Shown one piece after another: positions 41,234-57,810 of a stretch of DNA of 64,000 nt; within the stretch, counting starts at the first letter, position 1, and each line of letters opens with the position of its first letter. Under the pieces are notes generated by a model. The model was not told the DNA's origin and did no database searches. It saw only the letters and a list, made by a program, of their open reading frames with translations. The DNA comes from Eledone cirrhosa (Eukaryota). The stretch is taken from the NCBI GenBank assembly GCA_964016885.1, contig OZ024748.1, positions 50,778,001 to 50,842,000 of the forward strand. The letters are read 5' to 3'. Both the position numbers and the translations under genes were made by a program.

Positions 41234-41336
41234 TGAACGAGTGAGAGAGATACATACGTATATATATATATATGTATATGCACATATAAAGTTATAAAGT
41301 TACATACGTGCTTATTGTCTTCATTCGTATATACTT

Positions 41337-41375
<39 letters not shown>

Positions 41376-41392
41376 GATATATCTGTATACAC

Positions 41393-41424
<32 letters not shown>

Positions 41425-41437
41425 GTGTGTGTGTGTA

Positions 41438-41507
<70 letters not shown>

Positions 41508-41621
41508 GAATTACACATAGAATGTTACAGCAGAGCATGCATATACATGGTAATCTATCTACCTATTTCGATCATTCCATACACTCTCTCTTTCTAACCA
41601 CCCCCTCCCCCTCCCTCTCTC

Positions 41622-41711
<90 letters not shown>

Positions 41712-42419
41712 TTATTCGAATCACTACCTTACATCTATGTGTCTCTGTTTTATGTGTGGCCGACTCACGTATTGGTTCCATGTGATTCTATTAAAGCTTT
41801 AACTGGCTGTAATCAAACCTGGCGCCATCTTGACAACATTGACAACACCATCAATGACCACAAGCATTATGAGCCAATAAGGAAAACCATTAAATGATCA
41901 CTTAGCTTGCTAGAAATAGCAGTCAAATCTCCTTCAAATTCGACAGTTCTAACTTAAGAATGGGAAGGGCAAATTAGATAGAAACAGTTTTTTTTACTAT
42001 GTCATTGAAAATAGGTTAGGATATTCACGGCTAGAATTTCTTGGAGTATCGATTTTCCTACTCATGTCAGTCCTGTGGTTAAACAGCAATAGCAACAAAA
42101 ATAGCAACACTAAAACATCATTGTTTAATCGGTTCAAACCCAATTGGAGAGTGGTATACTGTTTTCTGATTTAGGCAGAAGGCCAACAAATTTGGGGGAG
42201 CGGAGTCTATCAAATCAACGTCAGTGCGTTACTCGTACTTTATTTAAAAGGTATTCTTCCACATTGTCACCCAAGAGTGATCGATTTTATAGACCTCTCA
42301 AAACCTGTTCAAAATAGCAGCCAAATTCCACCAAGTCACACATTAACGACTAAAAATAAGGAAGGATACATTACAAAATGTAATTCTTGATATGCATGAG
42401 ACGAAAGGGTTACAGCTTT

Positions 42420-42605
42420 AAAGATTATTGATCCTTACATACCGTTAAGTTCTGAGTTCAAATTTCGCCGATATTAGCTTTGACTTTCATCCTTACGAGG
42501 TCGTTAAATTAAACAGTGCCATTAACGCACTGGGTCAATTTAATCGACTTTCACCTCCCCCAAAATTGTTGGCCTTGTGCTTAAATCAGAAGCAAATGTT
42601 ACTAT
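42420..42605 (+). mobile_element. Diverged SINE
   Basis: gagttcaaatttcgccga...tttcatccttacgagg...ggccttgtgcttaaatcagaagc. Confidence 0.65.
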
Positions 42606-43795
42606 TATGAAGATAACAACTTCTTAATATGATTATAGACAAGAACAATAGCAAAGACAACTCCGTAACAAACCCCACCGACCATACCACCACCACCACA
42701 ACCTTTACCACCACCATTAACAACATCAAAATGAATACCATAACAACCACCACCACCTCCTTTAACAACATCAAAAGCATAACCATAACAACAACCACCA
42801 ACCACGCCTCCACCAGTGACACCAACAGTAAAATTAGATAAATAATTAGAAATTGAAAACCACGACTACGACACAAACTGTAAAAAAAAAAAAAAAAAAA
42901 ACGAAGGAAAATGATTAAAATCTAAGGTAATTAACTAACGAAATGTTGAAATTCAACCATTCCATGAACAAAGTCAAAGGCAGTACTGCCAAGAGCCAAT
43001 TGAGAAACAACATCAGCAGCAAAAATAATAAAAATAACAACAGCAGCAACAACAAGAACATACAAAATATAATTTACAGCGATAAGCCAAATTAATAAAG
43101 GATAAATAAGGAAAAGAAGTGCTTTTAATACAAAGCGAAATGAATTGTTCGGTTTCACCTAGAAAAATTGTAAACCTAAATTGAAGAATGAGAAAGTAGT
43201 ATTAAAAATGATGTTGTTTTCATTACTTTTATAATATTATTCAGAAATGAAACCAATGAGGAAGAATGGTAATAGGTAATAAACATTTGCATATGTAATA
43301 TGTATAAATATATTTTTATATAATATTTATACATACATACTTATACATATATGTATGTATATATATATATATATACACACACGCATACATGAATAAAGAT
43401 ATAAGTGCATGTATATACACAGATAATGCACATATGTGTCGCATATATATATAATTATCTATATATATATATGTGTGTGTGTGTATATATATACATGTAT
43501 GCTTGCGTGTATTTGTAGGTGTATTTATATAAATAATCATTATTTGTCTTTTATCAAGATTCTAGAACTCAACTCGTAGGTTTTTCTTGTTTTCCTGCCC
43601 AAAGGCAAAGAATGGGATGATGCATCATTAAAGATATTAAATTAAACAGGCTCTTGCACATATATATATATTAGATTGTATAAACACATACGCATAATGT
43701 TAACGTGCAAACATACACTTTCACACATACGTACAGATAAATATGTATTTATACATACATACATGTATACATTCACCGCCACCTATATATATATA

Positions 43796-43836
<41 letters not shown>

Positions 43837-43888
43837 GTATATATACATACACACATATACATATACATGAATATATATGTAACTTATA

Positions 43889-43926
<38 letters not shown>

Positions 43927-44941
43927 GAAAGGTATAGAAAATATTGTAGCAAAAAGCCAACAGTATTCCATAATATATATATATATATACATGTATGTAT
44001 AAATATTGAGAGAGAGATTTACGAACATATACACACATACACACATACAATCTAACAATAATATTGTCGTTATATACACAGCGATTGTCACAATTTAATA
44101 TAAATCTCTATTACGTCTTTCTTCACAAATATTCACAGAGAAGTATATCCACCGATGAATATTCAAATCCGTGTAATTTACCTCACAATTTGCGCATGCG
44201 TGCTGTGAAATACACGCTCACTTACATTCAGATTTATTGAGGATGGGAAACAAAACTTAAAATCCTTTTAAACGATGGTTAGATGGTTCTTAGTGAGCTT
44301 CGTTGTGACGATAACAAGCTCTTGCCGTCATATAAAAGATCATTGACACGATTCCACGCCGAAGTCTTTCCAAATTTTAACACCTGCATTCGGGTATATT
44401 ACCCGATTTATGTAAAAAAAATACATTCTGGACGCAGTTACGCACCCCTTTCTTTATTATAGTTAAGATTGTAGATTGGCAATATATGTAGAACGTCCGA
44501 TAAGATGCCTTTCTGAACTCATATCCCTCCATGGTTAGATTTGCATTTCGTCCTGAATGGGTCGAAAAAATAAAGCATCCTTATCACAATAAGATCGATT
44601 TAATGGTTGTTCCTCACCTCCCAAACATTGTAATCATCGGCATTGTGGCGGCAATGTTTTAAAATTGTAAATATCCCAATTCCACAAAATACAACCAAAC
44701 CTTGTTTACACTTCTGTAATCACTTTCAAATAATCCTCTGCACCTCGCCCCAGACATGGTAATTAGTGATCAGGTGCGCTTTACAGTAATGATTAAACTT
44801 AGAGGCTGGCATAGGAAAGGTGGGTGGTTCGATCCATCGTTGGTGCCTCTGTTCAATAATTCAGTCACCAAGAGTCTTTTAGGCATTATATCTAGTAATA
44901 CAGCTATATGCTATGTGGAGACAGCATTATCAAATATTATC

Positions 44942-45055
<114 letters not shown>

Positions 45056-45150
45056 AAATATATAAGAATAAATAAATATATATGTATATATATATATATA
45101 TATATATACATATATATCTCTATATATATGTATATATGTATATATGTAGG

Positions 45151-45218
<68 letters not shown>

Positions 45219-46254
45219 TATGTATATTATATATATATATATATATATATATTAATTCTTAATGTATCATACGTTCCAGAAATAAATGAACGTACATGAA
45301 AATAAAGGCATATTAAGCAATCTAATCTCTGAAGTACGTTGGTTTCTGAATATTCGATTAATCTCATTTATACACAAACACACATACGCACACATACATA
45401 ACACGCTCTTTAACAAACACATACACTCTTTCATTCTCTCTTCGATTCGCTCATTTACTGTCTCTTCGTTGTATATACATTTACATGGAGTTTGCGTGTA
45501 TGTTTACCTTTTTGAGTGTGTAAATATGTATGGGTGTATACATATATATATACACGCATACGAACATACTCACACACAAACCTATTATAAATATTATATA
45601 TATATGTATGTATAGTGTATCTGTATGTATCTACATATATGTACAAATATATATAGATACATATATATTTTATATTACCTATATCCATATAGGCACACAT
45701 AATTATTCATTTATTTGTTTATCCAGCTTAAAATATATATTATCTTTCCTTATATGAATCTGTATAATGGAAAAACGAAATTAAAACGCTATTGAATTTT
45801 TAATATAGGTCCTTGATGTGATTGTATAAAGTGACAGTTCCACGTGAATATTTGATGATGATAAGAACAGCTCAAATAACATTGGGAAATTAAGAAGCAG
45901 ATTCCATGCACTTTTATATTGCTGCCAATGTGATAATATTAATAACAAACAATAAATATACTGAAAGAAACCATTGAGAAATAAAGGGTAAAATGAAAGA
46001 CAAAAAACAAAAAAAAAATGGGAAGCTGAAATGCAGAAGCCACGAATAAAAATATTGGTTTGCGTTATACATGTTTATATAAACGCGCGGCGCGCGCACA
46101 CACACACACACAAACATATATATATATATATATGTGTGTATATATAAATATATGAACGTATATAATACATATGTATATATATATATATATATATATATGA
46201 ATATATACAATACATATATATACATGTATATATAAATGAATATATATAATATAT

Positions 46255-46286
<32 letters not shown>

Positions 46287-46435
46287 TTAGTCTCATTTAA
46301 CATAGGATGTCTCTGTAAATATGCAGGGGCTGTATGTTTCAATGTTACATTTACGTTGATATTTCATTATTTCATTATATTCATCATAAACGAATACAGA
46401 TAAACCTATTTCATTTAAAATGATTTTGAACTAGA

Positions 46436-46485
<50 letters not shown>

Positions 46486-46693
46486 GTAATATCTATATTA
46501 CCTCATTTAAATAATATCGATTTTATTTATTCTTTTCACATGTTGCATGCAATTTTTTCCTCTAAGCTTCACATAGACAAAGCTATACACACAAACAAAA
46601 ATATATATTCACACACATATAAATACACACAGAGACGCAACCTTAGGTATATATGATGCATGTGTGTGAGTCTGTGTCTCTGAATAAACATTC

Positions 46694-46738
<45 letters not shown>

Positions 46739-47041
46739 TCATATATATAAATATATAAATATCATATATATATATATAAATATCATATATATATATATAT
46801 ACATATATATAGAGAGAGAGATATCATTTAATATCATTGTATATATATGTATGTGAGTGTGTGTGTATATATACAGTATATATATATATTTGCTTATGTA
46901 TATTTAATTTATATCGCCAAAGAAACGAGTAACTAAGAGTATTTGCATGTCTCCCATGATCATAGTTTGCTTTGGATATTTAATTAATTTGAAATTACCA
47001 CACACACACACAACTATACATATATATATTATATATATATA

Positions 47042-47136
<95 letters not shown>

Positions 47137-47252
47137 ATGTGTGTATGTGCGTGTGATGCTTGTATATGTGTGGTTACGTGTATACTAGCTGCACGTTGAT
47201 CTACCTCTAAGCTTGTAGCTGTTTATTAACTACATGCCTGTCGGTTAATATA

Positions 47253-47335
<83 letters not shown>

Positions 47336-48397
47336 GTGTGTGTCTTTCTTCGTGTGAGTGTAATGTATGTATGCATAAATACACACACATAAGCACACAC
47401 AACCACACACACACACACATATATTTAAGTTGATGTATTTGTATATATATTTATATAAATTTATATAAATTTATATATATATATTCATTCATATATATGT
47501 ATACATACTTATAAATTGTGTATGCTCACGCGTATGTGTAACCCATCCTGTGTGTGTATTCCTGTATTAATACGCATACGAAGTTGTTTTACGGCGTATT
47601 TTTTTCGTGTGTAAACTTATTTAATCTGCTTTTAAGATTGATGTAAAATGTAACGTGTCTTCTTCCACAGAAATTTAATCAGTTATACATTAAGATATTA
47701 TTCCAAACTATATTGCCCCCATACAAATAATAACCGAAAATTATCCAAGTTCAAAGTGAAGAAAATATGTTGATACAACATACCTCTTTAGGAAATAAAG
47801 ATTGGAGTTGTAGAAAAAACGTACAGCTTCTAAAAATATGATTTATCTCGAAAGAATTTCGCGAAAAAATAAAAATTATCATTATATATCGAAATAAATT
47901 CAATGAATATTTCCAAAATTAATTTCAGAAAATATTTAGTGTCGTTTACTAAACTAAATATTTTTTCAATATATATGTGATTACGAGTGTATGTATGTAT
48001 GTATGTATGTATGTATGTATGTATGTATGTATGTATGTATGTATGTATGTATGTATGTATGTATGTATGTATGTATGTATGTAGGTAGGTAGGTAGGTAG
48101 GTAGGTAGGTAGGTAAGTATGTATTCACGTAGGTATGTACTTACTTATGTACATATATATGTGTGTATGTATATATGTATAGATATTAATATGTAAATAT
48201 ATATATATATACCTATATAGAATATATATAAAATAACACATATGCATTTACACATATATTTATATATACATATACATCTGTATATATATATATATGTATA
48301 TATATATATGTAAATATATATACAATATATATATATATATATATATAAAGAGAGATAGAGTGTGAGAGAGTGAGAGAGAAATACCCACGCATATATA

Positions 48398-48465
<68 letters not shown>

Positions 48466-48810
48466 GGAGACAAAATGCTTTCTAATCTCACCCCCACAGC
48501 AAAAGCTATATACATTTGCTTCAAAATAAGATAAATATGCCTACATGTAAAATACGTTACATCTTTAGAATGGAACGAATTTATAAAAAATGTATAATGA
48601 AATATGTGAAAAATGTTGGCATGGTATTTCCAACCAAGAACTTAAATACCTCAATATGTATATATAAATATGTATATGTAAATATATATATATACATATC
48701 TGTGTGTATGTGTTCGTATATACACACATGTAGACACACACACGATCTTATATACATATATGTATATGTATATATATATATAAATATGTAAATATGAGTT
48801 TGTGTATATG

Positions 48811-48870
<60 letters not shown>

Positions 48871-50015
48871 AAATGACAATTATTTTAAAAGAAGGCAAAG
48901 GAAATAGCATTTGAATTTTACATTGATGCAAATTTTAAGGAACATTTCGAATTTAGTCTGCGTCTTAATTTCTGGCAGTTCCTTTTTATTAGACCTTATT
49001 ATGTCAACAAAGGAGAGTTACTCATGTGATATTTAAAATTCTTATGATAATCTTAAAGATTATATTTACTGTCATGTTCATTAATTGAATTCGCAATTTT
49101 ATAATGTTGACAAATGAATGGTTCTTCTAGATGCCATCTAAATATGTGACATATTGTTTAATAATTACAATCATACTTAATTTAGTGAGGCAAAATATTG
49201 TTTGATCAATTGAAATTACAGCTATAAAGATATGAAAAATCATTAGAGTGTTTGATAAATCTTGTCAAGAGATGCAATTTATATTATTCAGATGGTTGCG
49301 TCAATAAAATCATTTCAAATTGTGTGAACAGATAGCATTAATTGTTCCAGTTTTATGTGTTTGTTTTCATCAAGTTTACCTGTTATAGTCTCCCAAACTC
49401 TCTATTAGCAGGAGAAAAATTCTTCACTCAAGAATTGCTTTGTATTTTATAGAATAACCACATTAGTCATATGTATATACGCACTTAAACTTAAAAATAC
49501 TGGCCCCACAAATATACTTACATATGAGCACTTTAATATACATGTGTGTGAATATTAACGGGAAACTATATAACAAAATAATTTGACGAATATTTGCATG
49601 GCAATGATAATGTATTAGCATTGGTTTTGATGTTTTTTTCGCCTAAGAATGATTTGTCTAAGTTGTGTACAAAATGGCAGCCATTTTAAATAGGTAGTCA
49701 AAAAAAGGCACAAATTTAAGAATCAAAATTATTACTTTGGAATTATAAGTAATAGGTGATGAGTCTTAGAATAATGTCATCGTCAGATGAAGAAAGAAAA
49801 AAATAGATAGAAATTGAAGGAAAAATCAGAAGTAATCTCGTAATTCCTTTGATTCTAATTTACTAGAACACTACACCGGAAGTGTGTTCGATTGATCTGC
49901 CCTTGTTCAAAGACGAATTTCATAAACAGATTTGATTTCTATTTCTATATATTTTGTATATATTTGTGTAAATTTGAGTTCATGAGTGCTAATATATATA
50001 CATACATACATATAC

Positions 50016-50063
<48 letters not shown>

Positions 50064-50068
50064 TTTTC

Positions 50069-50121
<53 letters not shown>

Positions 50122-50584
50122 CATACAAACTTTCATAGATATTTCAATACATATATACATACACGCATATATATATAGATGTATATGAGTGGGTGCGTAT
50201 AACTATATATGTATGTATACATATAAATACATATATATATAACGTATAAATAATTGTGTGTGAATGTATGTATGTATGTATGTATGTATGTATGTATGTA
50301 TGTATGTATGTATGTATGTATGTATGTATGTGGGTATATATTTGTGTATGTATATATACAGAAATAAAGAATGTGAGCTAGTCACAGTACGAAATAAATA
50401 ATGAGATAGACGAATGTCTATATATAAGTAGAAATATAAAGTGAGCTATACAGATACCCTGTACGAAGATTGATATTCACATATTCATATAGATGTACCT
50501 ATGTATGATTATATGTTTACACGTATATATGTACCTAGGTATGTATTCATGTATATAAATATATTAATATATATATATATATAT

Positions 50585-53500
50585 GAATTATTTTCGCGGA
50601 TATAGGGGTCATCTCCCTTGTCTAATGCCATGTGCGTTTTTCACCGCTAGTTGACTCCTTTGCCGCCAGGATAAAACTCGTTGACGACGTAAACTCCATT
50701 CCACTTATTCTAGTAGGCTTTTATATTTATATGTGAGCTGATAGAGTACTGTCTAAGGATTTACAGAAACCCATGAAGCTAGATTTAACACCTTTCTAGT
50801 GGGTCCGGGTATGATTTTACATTCATTTAAATTATTGACGTATTGTTTTATTGATATTTTTTATCTGTTTGGCCCGAATCTTCCTTTATCGATTTTAAAT
50901 CGTATGGTTGATTGTAGACTTGTTCTATATGTGACGGTATTTTAACGATAGTTATAGCTCTGATTCATCTGAATTATTGAGCCCTCTGCCGCTCATATCG
51001 GATTTCGTTTTTCGTTAACTCGTGCGCCGATTTTTCGATACTCGATCTTTCTAATATATTTAGCTCTGGACATAGCTATCCACCAGTTAATTTTATTGCT
51101 CATATTTTGTCGATTCTATTGAGTGATGAATAGCTTTTGTTTTATTTTAACATGTCTATTGAGCACTCTAATTCGATATGTGTATTTCCACATTCACTCG
51201 AATTATTTTCGCGGATATAGGGGTCATCTCCCTTGTCTAATGCCATGTGCGTTTTTCACCGCTAGTTGACTCCTTTGCCGCCAGGATAAAACTCGTTGAC
51301 GACGTAAACTCCATTCCACTTATTCTAGTAGGCTTTTATATTTATATGTGAGCTGATAGAGTACTGTCTAAGGATTTACAGAAACCCATGAAGCTAGATT
51401 TAACACCTTTCTAGTGGGTCCGGGTATGATTTTACATTCATTTAAATTATTGACGTATTGTTTTATTGATATTTTTTATCTGTTTGGCCCGAATCTTCCT
51501 TTATCGATTTTAAATCGTATGGTTGATTGTAGACTTGTTCTATATGTGACGGTATTTTAACGATAGTTATAGCTCTGATTCATCTGAATTATTGAGCCCT
51601 CTGCCGCTCATATCGGATTTCGTTTTTCGTTAACTCGTGCGCCGATTTTTCGATACTCGATCTTTCTAATATATTTAGCTCTGGACATAGCTATCCACCA
51701 GTTAATTTTATTGCTCATATTTTGTCGATTCTATTGAGTGATGAATAGCTTTTGTTTTATTTTAACATGTCTATTGAGCACTCTAATTCGATATGTGTAT
51801 TTCCACATTCACTCGAATTATTTTCGCGGATATAGGGGTCATCTCCCTTGTCTAATGCCATGTGCGTTTTTCACCGCTAGTTGACTCCTTTGCCGCCAGG
51901 ATAAAACTCGTTGACGACGTAAACTCCATTCCACTTATTCTAGTAGGCTTTTATATTTATATGTGAGCTGATAGAGTACTGTCTAAGGATTTACAGAAAC
52001 CCATGAAGCTAGATTTAACACCTTTCTAGTGGGTCCGGGTATGATTTTACATTCATTTAAATTATTGACGTATTGTTTTATTGATATTTTTTATCTGTTT
52101 GGCCCGAATCTTCCTTTATCGATTTTAAATCGTATGGTTGATTGTAGACTTGTTCTATATGTGACGGTATTTTAACGATAGTTATAGCTCTGATTCATCT
52201 GAATTATTGAGCCCTCTGCCGCTCATATCGGATTTCGTTTTTCGTTAACTCGTGCGCCGATTTTTCGATACTCGATCTTTCTAATATATTTAGCTCTGGA
52301 CATAGCTATCCACCAGTTAATTTTATTGCTCATATTTTGTCGATTCTATTGAGTGATGAATAGCTTTTGTTTTATTTTAACATGTCTATTGAGCACTCTA
52401 ATTCGATATGTGTATTTCCACATTCACTCGAATTATTTTCGCGGATATAGGGGTCATCTCCCTTGTCTAATGCCATGTGCGTTTTTCACCGCTAGTTGAC
52501 TCCTTTGCCGCCAGGATAAAACTCGTTGACGACGTAAACTCCATTCCACTTATTCTAGTAGGCTTTTATATTTATATGTGAGCTGATAGAGTACTGTCTA
52601 AGGATTTACAGAAACCCATGAAGCTAGATTTAACACCTTTCTAGTGGGTCCGGGTATGATTTTACATTCATTTAAATTATTGACGTATTGTTTTATTGAT
52701 ATTTTTTATCTGTTTGGCCCGAATCTTCCTTTATCGATTTTAAATCGTATGGTTGATTGTAGACTTGTTCTATATGTGACGGTATTTTAACGATAGTTAT
52801 AGCTCTGATTCATCTGAATTATTGAGCCCTCTGCCGCTCATATCGGATTTCGTTTTTCGTTAACTCGTGCGCCGATTTTTCGATACTCGATCTTTCTAAT
52901 ATATTTAGCTCTGGACATAGCTATCCACCAGTTAATTTTATTGCTCATATTTTGTCGATTCTATTGAGTGATGAATAGCTTTTGTTTTATTTTAACATGT
53001 CTATTGAGCACTCTAATTCGATATGTGTATTTCCACATTCACTCGAATTATTTTCGCGGATATAGGGGTCATCTCCCTTGTCTAATGCCATGTGCGTTTT
53101 TCACCGCTAGTTGACTCCTTTGCCGCCAGGATAAAACTCGTTGACGACGTAAACTCCATTCCACTTATTCTAGTAGGCTTTTATATTTATATGTGAGCTG
53201 ATAGAGTACTGTCTAAGGATTTACAGAAACCCATGAAGCTAGATTTAACACCTTTCTAGTGGGTCCGGGTATGATTTTACATTCATTTAAATTATTGACG
53301 TATTGTTTTATTGATATTTTTTATCTGTTTGGCCCGAATCTTCCTTTATCGATTTTAAATCGTATGGTTGATTGTAGACTTGTTCTATATGTGACGGTAT
53401 TTTAACGATAGTTATAGCTCTGATTCATCTGAATTATTGAGCCCTCTGCCGCTCATATCGGATTTCGTTTTTCGTTAACTCGTGCGCCGATTTTTCGATA

Positions 53501-56500
53501 CTCGATCTTTCTAATATATTTAGCTCTGGACATAGCTATCCACCAGTTAATTTTATTGCTCATATTTTGTCGATTCTATTGAGTGATGAATAGCTTTTGT
53601 TTTATTTTAACATGTCTATTGAGCACTCTAATTCGATATGTGTATTTCCACATTCACTCGAATTATTTTCGCGGATATAGGGGTCATCTCCCTTGTCTAA
53701 TGCCATGTGCGTTTTTCACCGCTAGTTGACTCCTTTGCCGCCAGGATAAAACTCGTTGACGACGTAAACTCCATTCCACTTATTCTAGTAGGCTTTTATA
53801 TTTATATGTGAGCTGATAGAGTACTGTCTAAGGATTTACAGAAACCCATGAAGCTAGATTTAACACCTTTCTAGTGGGTCCGGGTATGATTTTACATTCA
53901 TTTAAATTATTGACGTATTGTTTTATTGATATTTTTTATCTGTTTGGCCCGAATCTTCCTTTATCGATTTTAAATCGTATGGTTGATTGTAGACTTGTTC
54001 TATATGTGACGGTATTTTAACGATAGTTATAGCTCTGATTCATCTGAATTATTGAGCCCTCTGCCGCTCATATCGGATTTCGTTTTTCGTTAACTCGTGC
54101 GCCGATTTTTCGATACTCGATCTTTCTAATATATTTAGCTCTGGACATAGCTATCCACCAGTTAATTTTATTGCTCATATTTTGTCGATTCTATTGAGTG
54201 ATGAATAGCTTTTGTTTTATTTTAACATGTCTATTGAGCACTCTAATTCGATATGTGTATTTCCACATTCACTCGAATTATTTTCGCGGATATAGGGGTC
54301 ATCTCCCTTGTCTAATGCCATGTGCGTTTTTCACCGCTAGTTGACTCCTTTGCCGCCAGGATAAAACTCGTTGACGACGTAAACTCCATTCCACTTATTC
54401 TAGTAGGCTTTTATATTTATATGTGAGCTGATAGAGTACTGTCTAAGGATTTACAGAAACCCATGAAGCTAGATTTAACACCTTTCTAGTGGGTCCGGGT
54501 ATGATTTTACATTCATTTAAATTATTGACGTATTGTTTTATTGATATTTTTTATCTGTTTGGCCCGAATCTTCCTTTATCGATTTTAAATCGTATGGTTG
54601 ATTGTAGACTTGTTCTATATGTGACGGTATTTTAACGATAGTTATAGCTCTGATTCATCTGAATTATTGAGCCCTCTGCCGCTCATATCGGATTTCGTTT
54701 TTCGTTAACTCGTGCGCCGATTTTTCGATACTCGATCTTTCTAATATATTTAGCTCTGGACATAGCTATCCACCAGTTAATTTTATTGCTCATATTTTGT
54801 CGATTCTATTGAGTGATGAATAGCTTTTGTTTTATTTTAACATGTCTATTGAGCACTCTAATTCGATATGTGTATTTCCACATTCACTCGAATTATTTTC
54901 GCGGATATAGGGGTCATCTCCCTTGTCTAATGCCATGTGCGTTTTTCACCGCTAGTTGACTCCTTTGCCGCCAGGATAAAACTCGTTGACGACGTAAACT
55001 CCATTCCACTTATTCTAGTAGGCTTTTATATTTATATGTGAGCTGATAGAGTACTGTCTAAGGATTTACAGAAACCCATGAAGCTAGATTTAACACCTTT
55101 CTAGTGGGTCCGGGTATGATTTTACATTCATTTAAATTATTGACGTATTGTTTTATTGATATTTTTTATCTGTTTGGCCCGAATCTTCCTTTATCGATTT
55201 TAAATCGTATGGTTGATTGTAGACTTGTTCTATATGTGACGGTATTTTAACGATAGTTATAGCTCTGATTCATCTGAATTATTGAGCCCTCTGCCGCTCA
55301 TATCGGATTTCGTTTTTCGTTAACTCGTGCGCCGATTTTTCGATACTCGATCTTTCTAATATATTTAGCTCTGGACATAGCTATCCACCAGTTAATTTTA
55401 TTGCTCATATTTTGTCGATTCTATTGAGTGATGAATAGCTTTTGTTTTATTTTAACATGTCTATTGAGCACTCTAATTCGATATGTGTATTTCCACATTC
55501 ACTCGAATTATTTTCGCGGATATAGGGGTCATCTCCCTTGTCTAATGCCATGTGCGTTTTTCACCGCTAGTTGACTCCTTTGCCGCCAGGATAAAACTCG
55601 TTGACGACGTAAACTCCATTCCACTTATTCTAGTAGGCTTTTATATTTATATGTGAGCTGATAGAGTACTGTCTAAGGATTTACAGAAACCCATGAAGCT
55701 AGATTTAACACCTTTCTAGTGGGTCCGGGTATGATTTTACATTCATTTAAATTATTGACGTATTGTTTTATTGATATTTTTTATCTGTTTGGCCCGAATC
55801 TTCCTTTATCGATTTTAAATCGTATGGTTGATTGTAGACTTGTTCTATATGTGACGGTATTTTAACGATAGTTATAGCTCTGATTCATCTGAATTATTGA
55901 GCCCTCTGCCGCTCATATCGGATTTCGTTTTTCGTTAACTCGTGCGCCGATTTTTCGATACTCGATCTTTCTAATATATTTAGCTCTGGACATAGCTATC
56001 CACCAGTTAATTTTATTGCTCATATTTTGTCGATTCTATTGAGTGATGAATAGCTTTTGTTTTATTTTAACATGTCTATTGAGCACTCTAATTCGATATG
56101 TGTATTTCCACATTCACTCGAATTATTTTCGCGGATATAGGGGTCATCTCCCTTGTCTAATGCCATGTGCGTTTTTCACCGCTAGTTGACTCCTTTGCCG
56201 CCAGGATAAAACTCGTTGACGACGTAAACTCCATTCCACTTATTCTAGTAGGCTTTTATATTTATATGTGAGCTGATAGAGTACTGTCTAAGGATTTACA
56301 GAAACCCATGAAGCTAGATTTAACACCTTTCTAGTGGGTCCGGGTATGATTTTACATTCATTTAAATTATTGACGTATTGTTTTATTGATATTTTTTATC
56401 TGTTTGGCCCGAATCTTCCTTTATCGATTTTAAATCGTATGGTTGATTGTAGACTTGTTCTATATGTGACGGTATTTTAACGATAGTTATAGCTCTGATT

Positions 56501-56582
56501 CATCTGAATTATTGAGCCCTCTGCCGCTCATATCGGATTTCGTTTTTCGTTAACTCGTGCGCCGATTTTTCGATACTCGATC

Positions 56583-56594
<12 letters not shown>
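50585..56594 (+). repeat. Tandem array of 615-bp units (9 full plus 1 partial), one hammerhead per unit; retrozyme-like
   Basis: Unit starts at 50585, 51200, 51815 ... 56120; units look identical by eye; (TA)n on both flanks. Confidence 0.95.
50676..50810 (+). ncRNA. Extended type I hammerhead in array unit 1 (repeats every 615 bp to 56211-56345); predicted cleavage after GUC at 50805+615n
   Basis: actcg-TTGACGA-cgtaaactcc...ggatttaca-GAAA-ccca(tgaag)ctaga...tctagtggg-TC-cgggt. Confidence 0.75.
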
Positions 56595-56677
<83 letters not shown>

Positions 56678-56697
56678 TTTATTTATATGTATAAATA

Positions 56698-56731
<34 letters not shown>

Positions 56732-56747
56732 AATATTTATTTATATG

Positions 56748-56783
<36 letters not shown>

Positions 56784-56811
56784 CATATATATATATATGT
56801 ATATATATATA

Positions 56812-56877
<66 letters not shown>

Positions 56878-57176
56878 TGATTCTAAGTCTATACGTAGCA
56901 ATGTAAATATGTATACATATATATATATATGTAGGTATGATGTTTGTTTGAACGCACATTACGTATGCATGCATATGTATACATGCATGCAATTATGTGT
57001 GTATGCGTCTATGTATGTATATATTTGTCTATGCGTGTGTGTGAGTGTGTATGTATGCACCTATGTATGTATATAGGTATATATGTATGTATATATGAAT
57101 GTATGCATGTAAGCATGCATGTATGTATGTATAAATGTATGCATGGGTATATGTATATATGTATGCATGTATGTAA

Positions 57177-57236
<60 letters not shown>

Positions 57237-57550
57237 ACGTATATATATTCGTATAAATAACGGCATGCATTTATACATTTAATGGGAGATAATTTGCCAA
57301 TGTTATTTCTTTCAAGAGAAATCAGCCTTCTACGAAGCCGTTAGCTATTAAAATATCTAATTTTCCCTTCTGTCATATATTATTTATGTTATTTATCTAT
57401 TTCATTCCATCTCTCTTTAGTATTGATTTTCTTCTTGTTTTTATCCAGACTATTTCAAGGAAGCTAATTCTAATATATTTCCTCTATTTCCATTTGCACG
57501 AAATTTATTTTAACATCTTATTTTAAATCTATTATATATATATATATATA

Positions 57551-57667
<117 letters not shown>

Positions 57668-57675
57668 CGTGTCTC

Positions 57676-57714
<39 letters not shown>

Positions 57715-57766
57715 TATATATATATATATGTGTATATCTCTATATATATATGTACATATAAATATG

Positions 57767-57810
<44 letters not shown>

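Noticed and set aside
49670-49885. YY1-like (AAAATGGC) and ETS (CCGGAAGTG) motifs as a promoter
   Set aside because: Short motifs with no supporting gene structure
50585-56594. Array as CRISPR, 5S rDNA, snRNA or histone repeat
   Set aside because: No variable spacers, no recognisable 5S/snRNA/tRNA sequence and no ORF of 60 aa or more
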